Program-made: the position numbers and the translations under genes
Shown here: one piece after another, positions 24,601 through 38,081 of the stretch
Numbering within the stretch: the first letter of the stretch is position 1
Layout of the letters: every line of letters starts with the position of its first letter
Assembly: GCF_000497125.1 (NCBI RefSeq)
Contig: NC_090601.1
Location: forward strand, 682,001 to 746,000
Length of the DNA stretch: 64,000 nt
Direction: 5' to 3'
Origin: Spironucleus salmonicida
Taxonomy: Eukaryota
Notes under the pieces: generated by a model
Told to the model about the DNA's origin: nothing
Databases searched by the model: none
Seen by the model: the letters and a program-made list of their open reading frames with translations, nothing else

Positions 24601-24742
24601 TATCCCTAGAAATAAACTTATAGAGGCAGCTAAGAAAATAAGGCAATGCGTTGTAAAGGCCCCCATTATGATGGGCGATGTCGTACTTAAGGGTATTTTC
24701 GGCTCAAAGGTTGTAGCCTGCTGCAGTGTCTTAGAAAAATGA
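21626..24742 (+). CDS. Fused FAD-dependent glycerol-3-phosphate dehydrogenase-like (GlpA + BFD-like 2Fe-2S) / NAD(P)-FAD oxidoreductase / DUF1667 protein, 1038 aa
   Basis: [31 protein letters not shown]...[56 protein letters not shown]...GNQC; one frame with TAR=Gln. Confidence 0.88.
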
Positions 24743-27700
24743 CATAGTGATAAGTTTTTATTTCTCGCTTAAATATTCAATCCGTTTACAGTAATGTGAT
24801 GTAGACCAGCAGAAAATTGGTTAATATTAAATTTAGCATAATTTCAGTCTATTCTAATTACACTTAATTAAATTTCATTATAAATAATGTATGACTCATA
24901 ATGTTGCACCATATACTGTGCTTAGTCTGCAATCTAGCCCAAACTCATCTTATCAATAACTATTATAAATTTATTAGTAGTCGTCACCAATATGCATCTG
25001 TACTAATTACATTAGTATTTACATTCTAGTAAGCCTTAACATTCTTGAAAAGGCATTCGTACTGTTTCTAGACTAGTGCTCTTTTGTTATATAAATATGT
25101 TACTATGCTCGAACACTCTTACACCATACAAATTGTTAGTAATGTTCATATACATTGCAAAAATCAATTAATTTATCCTAACATAAATTTCATATTCGAA
25201 GAAACCCAATCCAGTTGCGTTAAATACAGTGTTATACGATAAAGCCTATAAAATGATATGCAAATAATACCACTCTATCCATCTTTATCTACAAATATTT
25301 AAATGATATATACTCAAAATCGTGATATTATTAAGTACGAAACTGTCCAAAAAATATATCACGGCTATGTATTACAGGTATTTGTTCCATTATAATATAT
25401 GCCTAGAGCTCAAACAGTTTCAAAGAATATTGCTTAGAAAATGTAACTGTTCTCAATATTTTGGAAAGCAGCAATGATTATTATTTTCACTACAAAATCT
25501 TAAATGGGTGCTTAAATAGTTTGGCAGTTATTGATAAGATTTTGAAAAATTTAGGCTAAATTATTGATATATAGCGTTTCAGATAACGTATTTCGTGGAT
25601 ATAACTATTATGATTGTCAGAAGTCATTGTTGCGCCAACAATAAGCTATCTAAATAGAATAAGCAATAATTTTTATAGTTAGCATATTTATTATAATATG
25701 TATGCGATGACTTAATAGGCTAAAAAAGACTAGTGACGATGTTTCGGTATAATCTTTTTAAAAACTTATAACAATAACTATTATATAGAAAGCCAGTATG
25801 TTCCTTCTATAGCAATTTCGCCAAGTATAGCTATTTCATGTAATCAGATGCTATATATTTATCTGAATATAATTATATTAGAGTACCTAAATTTAATTAT
25901 AAAAATTTCAAAATCTGCATACTATTATCGAGATAATATGACATATGTAAGTATTATTCTTGTTATTCGCGATTTGAATTGGAATTTCGCAATTATCGTA
26001 AGATTACGGAAAACACAAACCTGGTCCTCACTTTACTGATAGCCTTGTCACACCTGATCAATACACCCTAACCAAAAAACTGATCAAGACGTGAGATTAT
26101 ATATTTTCTTCTTTCACGGCCCCTGAAAGTTCTATCTGTGCCGCCTACTTACTGGTACTTGTATGCAAAGAAAAACTGCGCGCTGTTTGGTATTCTAGAC
26201 GATTGAACTTGTATAGTTGATATGATTTCTTATTATTCGCCCAATTCGCTTTGGACTCAACAATGTATTATCAGCCAATTCCGCTCTAACCAACTTTATG
26301 GGCATGCCCCTTGGAGTCCATACTTCCAGCTGGGCCTTCGCATTACACAATTGTATTTATCTTTCGTAGTGGCTAATATTCATATATATTTATGGTCAAT
26401 ATGCTTCTTTATAGATCTAGTATTTCTTGGCACAGAATCTTGTAACGCTAGATACTGCTCGAGGAAAACTGACAACCAATAGACACGCGCTACCACCATA
26501 CGACAGCGAAATTATATATTTTCTCGCTTTGAGATGCCAGTCGAGAGTCTGTGTATGCGCCTCTTTACACAATCCTCTATCCTGATAATTTGCATGCTTG
26601 TAGGCTGTGCAGTCGCAACACTGAAGAGCTAGATCTTATTCTACGCCAATATGTAGGATAAAGTGGTGTACTAAGCATGCTACAACTCCTATGTGGCCAT
26701 TTATATTCAAAAATTTGAAAAGTAAATGAATGCATATCGCTTAAAAGTTTTAAATAATATACAAATCCTCAGAAGTTGTATAATATACACTATATGTTGC
26801 CTATCTACATTATCCATGTCTATCTTGACCTACTGCACTACTACATTATCTGCGTTAGTATTCAGCATTCCTAACCACTGTCAGCGGCTGTTGTCTGTAA
26901 TTTTATTAAAAGCCCACGTGTATCTTGGAGGGAAGATGGATCATCTCACAGCAGTCTTCAGCTATCAGCTGCTCAACCCAGAAGTTGTGTATTGTGGTAT
27001 GTTCTGTGCATGGTATGATGGTATTCGTTTTTACAATAATTATGGCTTTCGCGCTGTACAGTTTATTGCTGCCATATGCTTCTGCGTCACGGGGCCTCCT
27101 AACCAGATTCTCTTCCCCTATTATGGTAATTTGACTTACCTGAATATCATCATAGGATGCCTGTAGCATTATTTCCTACTTAAGTTGTAAGTAACATAAC
27201 TGCAATTAGGTTGCGTGAAACTTCCTGCATCCTTTGATAACATCATTACTGGTCGACCGATCGCCAAATAATAGTTTCAGATGCACTAAGTATGAATATG
27301 GTCAGGACGTCACATGGTGCGTCTTGTACATCGGTTTTACCTCCAGAATCGAGGGACATTCCAGGAGGCGAGAATTATAGGAATTCTAATCTTCTAATAA
27401 TGCGTAGCATGCTTAGTCATTATATTAACTCCTTACGCTATCGCAACACTAGCATACAGAAACAAGTTACTGTTGCTAGAAATAGTTTGTCTGTTCTACT
27501 AGCCTGCAGCTATCTATCGGCAAATAGTTTGCATGATTGTGTTTTAAGGATTACGAAGGATATCCAGCTATTTTGATCTGTCAAAGTCATGTTACCTAAT
27601 CATAGCACTGACGGTTAACCCAAACCTAGAAGTTATGACCAGCCTCAACCAAGAAATATAAAAGGACTCGATGTCTTAGTAGTCCCAGGAACGAAGATTA

Positions 27701-28555
27701 CTGGTAATGGCAAAAACTGCAGATATAATGTGTCATCATTAATACACCATAAATCAGTTCTATGGAGTCTGGTGCATTTGCAACCACTTTAATAAGCAAA
27801 ATACACTATCGTGTTAAATCACTACTCCTTCTAATTGAAATTGCAGGCACCAATATATGTTAAGCTTAAATTCAGCACCACTATCCTAAATTTTTAAAAT
27901 TTGCAGATGCGCTACTGGCCCAGCACAAAATTGCCATACCGCTCTGTTAATACTCCCGGAGTAGTACATGAAGCTAGACTTTCAGCACAGAAATTCCATT
28001 TTTCAAAATAACATAAACCGCACATTTACCTATTTTGGGTATCTACATTGTACTTCGACGGGCTTGCAGGACCAGACTATCTTTTATCACTTGATCTGCA
28101 ATTTGAGTTAAAATAGTAAATGCGCTTGAAACGAGCAAACTTTCTTGATGGTTATAATGTAAATATGTGTCATCTTAGGCAGCAAAAAGGCCAATGCAGA
28201 AGAATGTTTAGCACACTCGACCAAGGATATTCATCATTCTAAATCGGGAAACAAAGTTTATTGCAAATGCTGAACCCAATATTTAGCAATTGAAGTACTG
28301 GAAGCAGAGTAGTTCTTGTAAAGTGTCATTTAGCAAAATGTTTAAAAATTATCTGAACACTGAGATGTTTTACAGAGTTTTGATCTATTCTTAAAAACTT
28401 ACTTATTTAAGAATTTCTTATTTTCAGCTTAAGGAAGCAGTTCAAAATTATAGAATATGATATATACGAAACGGTTAATATAAATAAGCAGTCATTTAGC
28501 CTACCAGTTTCCCCATGCAGCGACCTCAAGCAGTAGAACCAACAAACCCTCACTT

Positions 28556-31500
28556 TCACTCAAGAATTATCACGTGGACGACGCCATCCTCGATGGCCAC
28601 TATAACAGCTTTGAGTCGTGTGAACGTTTCCAGTAAGTTCTCTTTGGATTCGTAAATAGTCTCGAAACAATCCTCCTTAAAAGATGTTCTCTACCTTCTC
28701 GTAATAGACATTTAGTATAAATATTTTACGTTAAATGCAAAAAATCCATCATCAAATTATAGTAACGCGCATGCTGCATCAAAAACTTTGTCTTCCTTCT
28801 TTTGCAGGAATTCGATATCGCGCTCGGAGAGTTTGCTTTTATACGTTTCGATTGCACTTTTGCACAAAATTTCGTATTACAATCCAGTGCCTTCAGCTTC
28901 AATTTCTGACTGACTGAAAGCTGGAGGATTGAACTGCTCATGATCAGTGGTGAGCTTGCAGACTATTAACGTTTAATCTACAACCTACACTGGGAACAGA
29001 TGTAGGCGTGAAAAGTATGTGAAAATGTCAGTAGCACCAATGTCAGCTTCGACCTCTTTGGTATCCTTGATAGCCTAGTCGCTAAAGAAGGTTTTGTAAG
29101 TCACCTTGCTTTTGTCTGTACAAGAGTTTACTATTTAGACGAGCTCTTTAAGAATCAGTGGTGGTAGCGTAGTGTTTTCTGTCCTAGAGGAATTCAGTAA
29201 ATTTGGGACCCAGTCGTGAGTCTGTAGATGAATGCAGGTCCTGGCTTCTTCTACTTTCTCCTGAATATCACCTAACTGGCTAAACAGATATTTATACTCC
29301 TCAATAAACTAGTGCACGTCTATCTGGCAGGTGCCAGCTTCTAGAATGCTGTCATCTGACTGAATGAACTTTTGAACTTTCTTAGATTATACATATTTTA
29401 AGACCATATTCTAGTCTTTAAACGCGTCTTAGATAGCTTGACCTTCCTTTAAGACAACATAAACCTGCTTCTACGTGGGATCCATGAATACGTTATTCAA
29501 GATAGTTTTTAGTTTTTCGTATGCATAGTCTTACACAGCGAAATATGTTCTTTCTTCCTTGACACGTAAATCATTGTTCTCTTCTATAAGTTTATCTTAC
29601 TATTTTTTCAAGTTCTATTATTATGTTGCATCTTTGCATTTTTGCCTTTGTTTAGCTAAAGCCAATTGGCTGGCTTCATTCTCTTTGATAATTTCGCCCA
29701 GTTTTTTAGTTAGCGCGTAATATTCCTCCCTAGAGCCACTAAAGCCACCAATCTAACCTACTTTAGTCAGTAGTATATTTTATTTTTGGATCTATTGTTC
29801 TGCATATGTTTATTTCTTTTATGCCTACTTCACCATATCAGTTACTTTTGCAACGGTCTCAGTTTTTGCGTTTTATTTAGATTCCACATCTAAGAGTTAA
29901 GCTTTCAGCTTTTCCACCTTCCCAGTAGCCCTTTCAAGGTCAACATATACTTGTTCTTCCTCTTCCTTTAATAGCTTCTGAACCTGCAATTCTCCTTCTT
30001 TTGTAATCTTCCGCCCTTGCTTGATTAGGTCAATTTATGCCGTACTTATCCCGGGCACATTGGTCGTTTGGAAGCATATGTGAACTCCAGCATCATTTGA
30101 TTTATTGAAAACTGCCAAATTACCACGCGTACCTGAGTCTAGCAGAAAGTTAAGACTCTGAAATTGGCGTTCCTTGACTAAGTGCTACTGCACTGATAGC
30201 ATATCATTGTACAGTAAGTTATTGGTGTTTTCTTCTATGGTTCCGAATAACGATATCAAGTAGTCTGGCATTGCAGGGTAATGTTTCAAAAGCAGATTTT
30301 AAATTTTAGTCTTATCCAAAATACTAACAATTGCTATTTTTTGATTGGATTCTAGTAATTTCATTTCACACAGCGTAGCCTAGCAGTTGGCTGCATTTGC
30401 TATTGCATGCTAAATATAGCTTTTAATATTCCGCTTATCTGCCGATTGGAAGAATATGTCAAAGGATTGCTGCAGAAACATGAAAGTGGCCCCCTAAAAT
30501 AGAGTTTATAAATTGTTATAGATTGTTTCCAAGGGAGTGGTGATATCGTAGCTGGTGACCTACACCGGGTTAAAGTATATTTCTAGAAATTGCTCATACT
30601 AGTTAAGCTCGCTCATAAGCCTATTAAGTAGTAACATATGACTGTCGCTAACTATATTCAAATCAGCGCGTGTACTATCTTAAGATCCAGTGCAAGATAA
30701 CTGCATAACAAGAAATATTGCCGCAGAGATTTCAGATATTTATTACTATTTGAACAAACACAGCATCTGATCGATGCCACTTTTCTCTCTGGGGAATATT
30801 TACATTGCATCCTGTCCTAAACGTCTCAGATTTGTCAAGAATTATTAGCTCGCTAAGAAATTTAATACGAACACCACATCTCGATTCAGCGATGAGGAAG
30901 ACGTGCGATGTAAATGTTTATTAAATTCTGCAATTGACTACGGTTCAAACAGTACCTCTTGGTCGTTCGAATTTATGAGCTAGTTAGCTCCAACTAATTC
31001 CTCATCCCTCATTATGCACAATGAATTTTGAATTTACATATGAGAAGAAATCTAGTTCAAAGGAATCTCCTTTTCGTTCACTTTGAACTAAAATTACTGT
31101 GTAGTGTTAAAAAAGTATGCATTTGCACCCTCATTAATAATTATCTATGGGCACACCAGGGGGCACATGAACTGCATCTCTGCCGCTAGCTCGGGTGCAG
31201 CCGTAAGGTAGAAATCCTTGATGTCCATACCCTATACCTGCTTCTTTACGTATTGGATCATAGAATCGTCAGTGAGGGCTGCAATTTGCATACCTTGGTA
31301 GTAGCGTTAAGTCAAGCAGGAGGAGTGCATTTAGGAGGTGCCCAGTATATTAGATTCTGTAAATATGTTACTGCCTCTACTATTGCAAGAAGTGTAGCGA
31401 GATTAATTGTATCCAATGAAGTTTACAATCGATATATCCGTTCCAGCGGTCAGTAGGTGAACGGTATTCTTCGAGGTAAAGGGTACTTCTTCGTAAACAT

Positions 31501-33883
31501 TCTTTTAAGGGAATGTTATCTTAACATCATATGTATTTTTGAAGAAATCTGTATACTGGTTTTCTGTACCAAACTATTTCCTAAAATATTCGTTTAATTT
31601 ATATGTAACATCAATTGGTGTATTCAATCTGGTAGTTCTATTGTGTTAATTGATAAAATAAGAAACATTAAGCCAGAATATCGTCTCGACCCCACGCGGG
31701 TTGTACAGCATAATGAGGAACTAGTAGATTTTCTCTCTGAATACTTCCAACGTACTTTATTTTGTAAGATCTTACATCATTTCCTAGAACGACTTCTATA
31801 CGATTAATGGCTATCTAAGGTTGCTAAAATTGGGTGACGAAATACCCATTAGATCAATAATTTTATAGGCTTTACAGTTTTTGAATAGTTCAGATGGTAT
31901 TAGCCTCAGGAAGTATCGTTCAATCTCTGTAGGATCAAGAAGAATTGATTCTAGTTTTTTCTTTGCATATTCTAAGTACTAAGGAGTGTCATAGTAATCA
32001 ATTTTCCTTACTATCAAACCATTTTAACGAATTTCTAACCAGTCTAATAATTATATGAGATAATTAACTGATATATCTTCTATTTTGTTAAGTATTTCAT
32101 CAATGCTCGATTTTGCCTTTTCCATAAATTTTACAACGAATTAATCTGTTATTCCCACTAGCGCGCTGGTGCACAATGCGTAGCTGGCTTTCTGCTAGGA
32201 TAAACACTCATCGACTAAAAGCATGACTTCCTTATTGGAGTTATACGATTAAACACTAATTGACCGGGGCTGAGTTTTGTATGCTCTATAAGAGTTTTTA
32301 CGCTACGTCAATAGCTCAATTTATTACTCTATAGCTCTAATAACGTCTTTCTAGTTTTGTATGCTGTCTTCCTAATTTAGTGTACCTATTATTTTTTTAG
32401 CTGCTTCTAATTTATTTGTAGACGCCTAAATTTCATCATCTAAGAATTTTGTAGTTTATTCTAATTACTTGTTCTGATCAAATTTAAAAAAATCAAGCAG
32501 GCCGGTCACAGAAAATTCACAAAATACTGACGTACCCTACAAATACAACTCAAACGCACCCTTAAGTTATTATTAGGCAGTATGCATATCATATATTTTG
32601 ATTAACTTGAAACACTCTGCTTTGACATAGGCCATCGTTTTAGAATATTCAACTCCATCTTTCAAATTACTACTAATAACGTCTCCAAGGTCAGTTTTAC
32701 TTTGATACTCGCAAAATAGAGCTCTTATGCCTTCACCAATCTCGATAGAAGTTCTATCGTATAGCGGCTGCGTTTCCAGCTCACGCGAATCTTTTGTAAA
32801 TCCTGTGTTAATCAATATGGGAATTTTTACCCCTGAGAACAGGTTGAAGTAGAAGATGGTGTGCAGGGTGACAGTTTTCCCGCTCCTCGAGCTCTGGCTC
32901 ATAACCGCATTATCTAGGGGGAAGAAGGCTGAGAACACCGCAAAGTACTGCGCCTTGAAGAGGTAGGACACGTCGCACATTTGCTGGAAGATGAACTTGT
33001 TGGTATCGTTAAACTCGAATATTTTTAGTAAATGCACTGGGAGCTCAAAGAAGTTTTAATAAGCTTGGGAAACCATTAAATCTGTATAAATTTATTATGA
33101 ATATGCTACTGCTTCTTGTGCACGAACTTGAATCGTGTAATTTCTCTTTACCACATCATTATTTTCCATTTGTTTGTAAATAAGGTATGCAGTATACCCT
33201 AGTATCATTGGCAGGAGATGCGCATATGTATCACATTTATGTAATGTTAATCCAATTATTTGCAGGATAGCCAATTACTCGACACTGCTAATGGCAGGTG
33301 GCATGTTAAACATAGGGTAAATTAGTTCATAACCATCATATTTCATATCAACTTTATTCTATTTTTATAAATTAATATCATCTTCAATCAAAATATAATT
33401 TGGAAATAATTTAGAGTCGATTGCTGAATTTTTAGAAACTATAACAATCTCGTGATCTGATTTCATGATTTCTACTTATACCTCTGCTAGTTTTTGTATT
33501 TCTTCATCGCCTATTACTTAATATGATAAAATTGAAAATCCCATTTGGATAGATAGTGAGACCAGGTTCAGCCAGTAGTCGGATACTGAGCTATTCTTTA
33601 AATCAAACGTCTTTTGAATAATGATTATCTAGACTTTCCGTTTGAACAGCAGTTCTTATTTGTGCTGCCACATGAAGAGGTGCAGGAGGCTGAGGTCTCC
33701 AACAGTATCAATGGTTATCCTCAGGTAGCGTACGGTATCGCCAACTTCGCTTATCTTAAATTAAGTTCCGCTGAATGCAAACACCACATCCTATTGAAGC
33801 TCCACCAGATCTTTGCCTAGCGAGGAAAAAGTGAGCTAGGCAGGCTTAGCTTCTGCCTTGGTATTCGAGCCCTGATCGGTCAT
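28556..33883 (-). CDS. Large hypothetical protein, 1775 aa, coiled-coil region (left-arm copy)
   Basis: Mirror of 42091-47418; ATG and TGA at the mirrored positions. Confidence 0.82.
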
Positions 33884-34914
33884 TTAAGGAGTAATAGTAA
33901 TTAGAGTGAAACCTATATATAGTATAATATTATATAGGCATGTTAAAAGTAATGTGGTTATCCACTAGTTCCTATAAACTAGTCTGCGTAATGGCCAATT
34001 ACATAAAGAACCGGGCGCGCAGTTGACACACTCAACGCGTTATTGGAACACGGTAACGCTGCACTGCTACACTAAGTGCGCAGCAGCTGCATAAAATTCT
34101 CACTATTATCTTTTACCTACCTGCATGCAGCACTCTGCCGTGCCGTACTAGTGGTCACTAGATATGGACAATATCCTAGTGCTAGGGATTTTGGCAAAAC
34201 TGCTATTCTAGACATACTATTATTTTACATATACCACCCAATATCTAGTTTGAAAATGAGCAGCGAGCCAAACTGCGTTATAAAGCAGCTCAGACAGACG
34301 CCCCTGTTGCGTGCAAAAACCAGGGCCTATCTTTATTCGACCAGCACGACTTCTGAATCACCAAAGTCTTCAGCTTCTGAAGGTTGACGCGAAAGTTTCT
34401 GGGTATTGTGCACTGGATGTACTTTACTTCGTCATACTTATGTTGAGGAGCAACCCTCTAATAACTTTTATGCGAGGCTCTACTATTCTATTATCTAACT
34501 GTAGTATACTATTCTCGCATAGTCTTTGGTACAGCTTTGCTCTTAAAGCCTAGATATATTTTACTTACTCGGGTGTAGCAGCTCGTTCGTACGGGCAGCT
34601 AGGTAAGTTGAAGTTGCATCATACATTAGTCATCTCATTGCTTAGTTGTGCTCCGCCGCTCTCTAAAGCCTTTTCCTCGTCATTAAAGGCATAGGCACAA
34701 TTATTAGGACTAGATGCCATATATCTACTATCAATAAAACATATAAATATGACAGTACTATTTCAATTTAAGTATTATCTATATATAAAGTATAATATCC
34801 TTTACTCTTGACTATCATAAAATTAGGTGTATTGAAATCGTTAAGTAGTTGCACTAAGTATTTTTAGATAGCATAATATTAGTTACTGCATGTCTATACT
34901 AATACAAACGTACA

Positions 34915-35173
34915 GTGTCACTTGCAGAGAAGCTGCAGCACCTAGGCGAGTCACCGCCTCCTGGGGCTGCTCACCGCGCCTGGGCGACCTCGGGAGCTGG
35001 CGCAGGACCTCCCACGCGATGGCCTCCACCAAGCCAAGTACGGCGCGAATGGCCCGGCACTACTTACGGTCACTGCGGAACACCGGAACAGCCCGCTGCT
35101 CCAGCTGCAGAGCGAGGCCCGCCAGCGCTCCGACACCGACTCCCTGCTCTGCCAGCAGCGCCCGCGTCTATGA
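34915..35173 (+). pseudogene. Deletion-riddled WRKY-like pseudogene (left arm)
   Basis: Aligns piecewise to 52791-53624 (LAEKLQHLGESP, gccaagtacggc, LLQLQSE); ATG changed to GTG, frameshifts and a large internal deletion. Confidence 0.7.
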
Positions 35174-36428
35174 GCGCCCGCTGCACCAGCAGGAACGCGC
35201 GGTCCGAGAGGGGGCGGCCCCGCAGCTCCCGCACCCTGGCCTCCAGCTCCGCCCCCGTGCGCCTGGCCTCCTCCAGCAGGGCTGCCCGGCGCGCCCCCTC
35301 CTGCCGCCGGTGGGAGGCAAGTGCATCCGCAGCCCCGGAGGCCGCCTCCCGCCGCAGCCTGGCCCCGAGCAGCCGGCACTCGCGCCCGAAGTCCGGCCTG
35401 GGCGGTATCGCGTGCGGCTGGTTCCCCGCCTCCGCGGCCGCTATCGCCCGGTAGCGCGCCCCCAGGCCAGCGAAGGCCTCCTCCTGGCGGGCGAGCACCT
35501 CCGCGCGCAGGGCGTCCGCCTCCTCCCGGGCCGCCGTGTCCAGTGCGTGCGGGATGCGCGGCGGCCCCTCCCCAGGCTCCCCGGCGCGCACCGCCCCGAA
35601 GACGCCGTCGAAGTCCGCCATCGCGCCCAGCTGCACCAGGGCGTCGGCGATGCGGCGCCACTGCACCTGGCGGCGGTCCGCGGGGTCCGCCCTCACCGCG
35701 GCCTCGAAGGCGCCCACGAAGGCCAGCAGGTCCGCGTCCGCCAGCAGCGCCAGGTCCCCGTAGCGCAGCCGGAGCACCGCCGCAGCCGCGCAGACAGCGT
35801 GCTCCTGTCCCACCTCGTGCGCCCCCAGCGCGCCCTGGACGCCCCCGAGGCGGTCCCGGTCCAGCGCGCCCCCGAGGAAGAGCCCGTCCAGCAGGAGCGA
35901 GGCCCGCGGATGCCGCAGCCCGGTGTACGCCGCGCCCCCAGCGCGCCCGAACTGCCGGAAGAAGAGCGCGCGCCGGCAGCGGAGGTAGCGCTCGAACCCC
36001 GGCGCGCCGCCCAGGTGCCCCGCCACGCCCCGCTGGATGCGCTCCGCGAGGGCCGCGTAGGCGCTGTTCCGGACGCAGCGGTGGGAGTGCGCCTCGCCCT
36101 GCGCCCGCTCCCCCAGGGCATCCCGGGCCGCCCGCTGCGCCCCCAGCCGCGTGAGCCGGTCCTCGAGGGCCGCCAGCTGCGGGAGGCTGGCCCGCTGAGT
36201 GAGCGCGTCCGTATCCACTGCGAGTCGGGGAGCGCGCGTCTCGCCGCCTACCTGCGCGCATTCCGGTCGCACCGCCACGCCCGCCAGGCGCTCCGCGATG
36301 CCCGCGAGCCCCCGGGCGCGCACCAGCTTCAGGGCGAGCAGGGCCTCCGAGAGCAGCGTGCGCTCGTCCGCGGCAACCGCACCGCTCCGGCTGAGGGCGA
36401 GCTTTGACAGCAGCGCCTCGACCTCCAT
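35070..36428 (-). CDS. Very GC-rich Ala/Arg/Leu-rich hypothetical protein, 452 aa (left arm)
   Basis: MEVEALLSKLALS...; near-exclusive G/C third positions in this frame; tail overlaps the WRKY relic antisense. Confidence 0.6.
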   Translation of the reverse strand: MEVEALLSKLALSRSGAVAADERTLLSEALLALKLVRARGLAGIAERLAGVAVRPECAQVGGETRAPRLAVDTDALTQRASLPQLAALEDRLTRLGAQRAARDALGERAQGEAHSHRCVRNSAYAALAERIQRGVAGHLGGAPGFERYLRCRRALFFRQFGRAGGAAYTGLRHPRASLLLDGLFLGGALDRDRLGGVQGALGAHEVGQEHAVCAAAAVLRLRYGDLALLADADLLAFVGAFEAAVRADPADRRQVQWRRIADALVQLGAMADFDGVFGAVRAGEPGEGPPRIPHALDTAAREEADALRAEVLARQEEAFAGLGARYRAIAAAEAGNQPHAIPPRPDFGRECRLLGARLRREAASGAADALASHRRQEGARRAALLEEARRTGAELEARVRELRGRPLSDRAFLLVQRALIDAGAAGRAGSRCRSAGGPRSAAGAAGCSGVPQ

Positions 36429-36952
36429 TTGGAGCGGCCCTTCCAAATGCTGATTTCTATACTTCCATGACACTAACTATACAGTTGGATATTTTAATAA
36501 TATCAGAGTAACTTCAACATATTGTATATGTATATACATTAAATAAGAAAATTAATACATTTCCAATTCTACACTTATCATGCCACTCTAATACCTCTTC
36601 CTAATCATATTATTTAGATATTTTAAAAATGCTATAGACATTCTTTAACTGATACTTCTATAGGCGTATTAAGTTCATTTGTGGAATATAGTTTATATTA
36701 AATTAAATTTATTGATTTAAATTAAATTGATTCTAAATACAAATTTTCATTGTGTTTATATAAAATAAATTTATTTTTTTATTATTATATTCTGAAGTAT
36801 CCTTTTATATTCAAATTAGTGTGAACTGAATGATATTATGTAAAATAAATACTAAATTAACTGCTATATTGCCTATATCCTTTACAATGTGTTAATTTCT
36901 TTTTATATATTTTATTATTATTGAAATAAAAATATGTTCATACATAAAGAAA

Positions 36953-37855
36953 TCACATTTCTAACATATATTATAGAAATTTATCAACAGCTCGTTCTTT
37001 TCTAGCATCAACTCTAATTTATTCAAACTCTTTTCGTTGACTATCTATTTGTTAAATTTAGTTTTCTATTTCCTGTTCATTATCTATTAACTCTTATAAA
37101 ACGGAAACATCTAAGATATCTTCAGAAAATATTCTTTCTTTTTCTTGAACTGCTAAATACACTGCAAGATCAATAGCCATCTAACTTTTTCCACAAATAC
37201 AAGAGTTTTCATCTAACATATCTGGATCGATTAAATTAGTTATTTTAACTATCTTTTAAATTGTAGTAAAATGATGTGGACTCAATAAAGTATTTATGTG
37301 TAAAATTAAATTATTTAATGTGCTTTACGTTTATTATTTATTAAATTGCTAAGTTAACTATATAATTTTAGAATTTACATTATGAAGTAAATGTTAAGAG
37401 ATTTATCCTCTATTTGTATATTCAGTTATTTTTATTCCTTGGATAATATTCTTGTCATAATAAATAAAAAATTCATCGATCGTATTATGTAGTATCCTTA
37501 ATATTTTACGAGAACTTTCTTCTATTTATAAACCCGAGACTCCATCCCAATATACTGTTGTAAAACATGAATCAGGTTAATTACAAACATAAAAAGCATG
37601 GTTATTTAAATATACTAAAGGTTAGGAAGTAATAAAATTAAAAATATCAACATTAGATGACAATTATATTGGTGATTTAGTAACAATGGCTTCTATCCAC
37701 AATTAAAATTCTTATTTATTTTCGATATCAGCAAAAAATGAGTCAGGAGTTGAGCGTTATATTGTATCTCCAGTTATTACATTAGCATATCCTGGTTAAT
37801 AGAAATTACCATCAAAAGGTATACCTTTGCTTTATATTTAATAAATAGCATGCAT
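36953..37855 (-). CDS. Hypothetical 300-aa protein in the inversion spacer
   Basis: MHAIYQIQSKGIPFDGNFYQPG...DKFLQYMLEM, 300 codons with no TGA in AT-rich DNA. Confidence 0.7.
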
Positions 37856-38081
37856 TAAAAAATACATATATTTATATTATTTGATATATTATATTATAAC
37901 TTATTTTTTATGTAAAAGTAAAAGAAATTTTCGAACATTTTACTTCAGTCATAATTGAAACTGCAAAAACCAACTTTGAAATAATCAGTCAACAAAAATA
38001 TATTCTTAATGTTCTTTCTGGTTTTTATACTTTCTAAACGCTACTTCTTGAAGTTAAACACTACATTGTAAATAAAATTCC

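Larger units (their letters stand above)
23203..36457. repeat. Left arm of ~13.25 kb inverted duplication
   Basis: Reverse complement of 39517-52769; paired coordinates sum to 75974 (inner) and 75972 (outer, after two 1-bp indels). Confidence 0.97.

Noticed and set aside
26000-27170. Hydrophobic fragments resembling a decayed transporter
   Set aside because: Pieces lie in different frames and no family motif is recognisable.
27589-28293. 234-codon plus-strand ORF under table 6
   Set aside because: No motif, the mirror copy is frameshifted near 48040, and long ORFs arise easily with a single stop codon.
34890-36407. Long overlapping ORFs of 277-505 aa in the GC islands (also their mirrors and 682-1605)
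   Set aside because: Pro/Arg/Gly-rich shadow frames produced by extreme GC; only one frame shows coding third-position bias.
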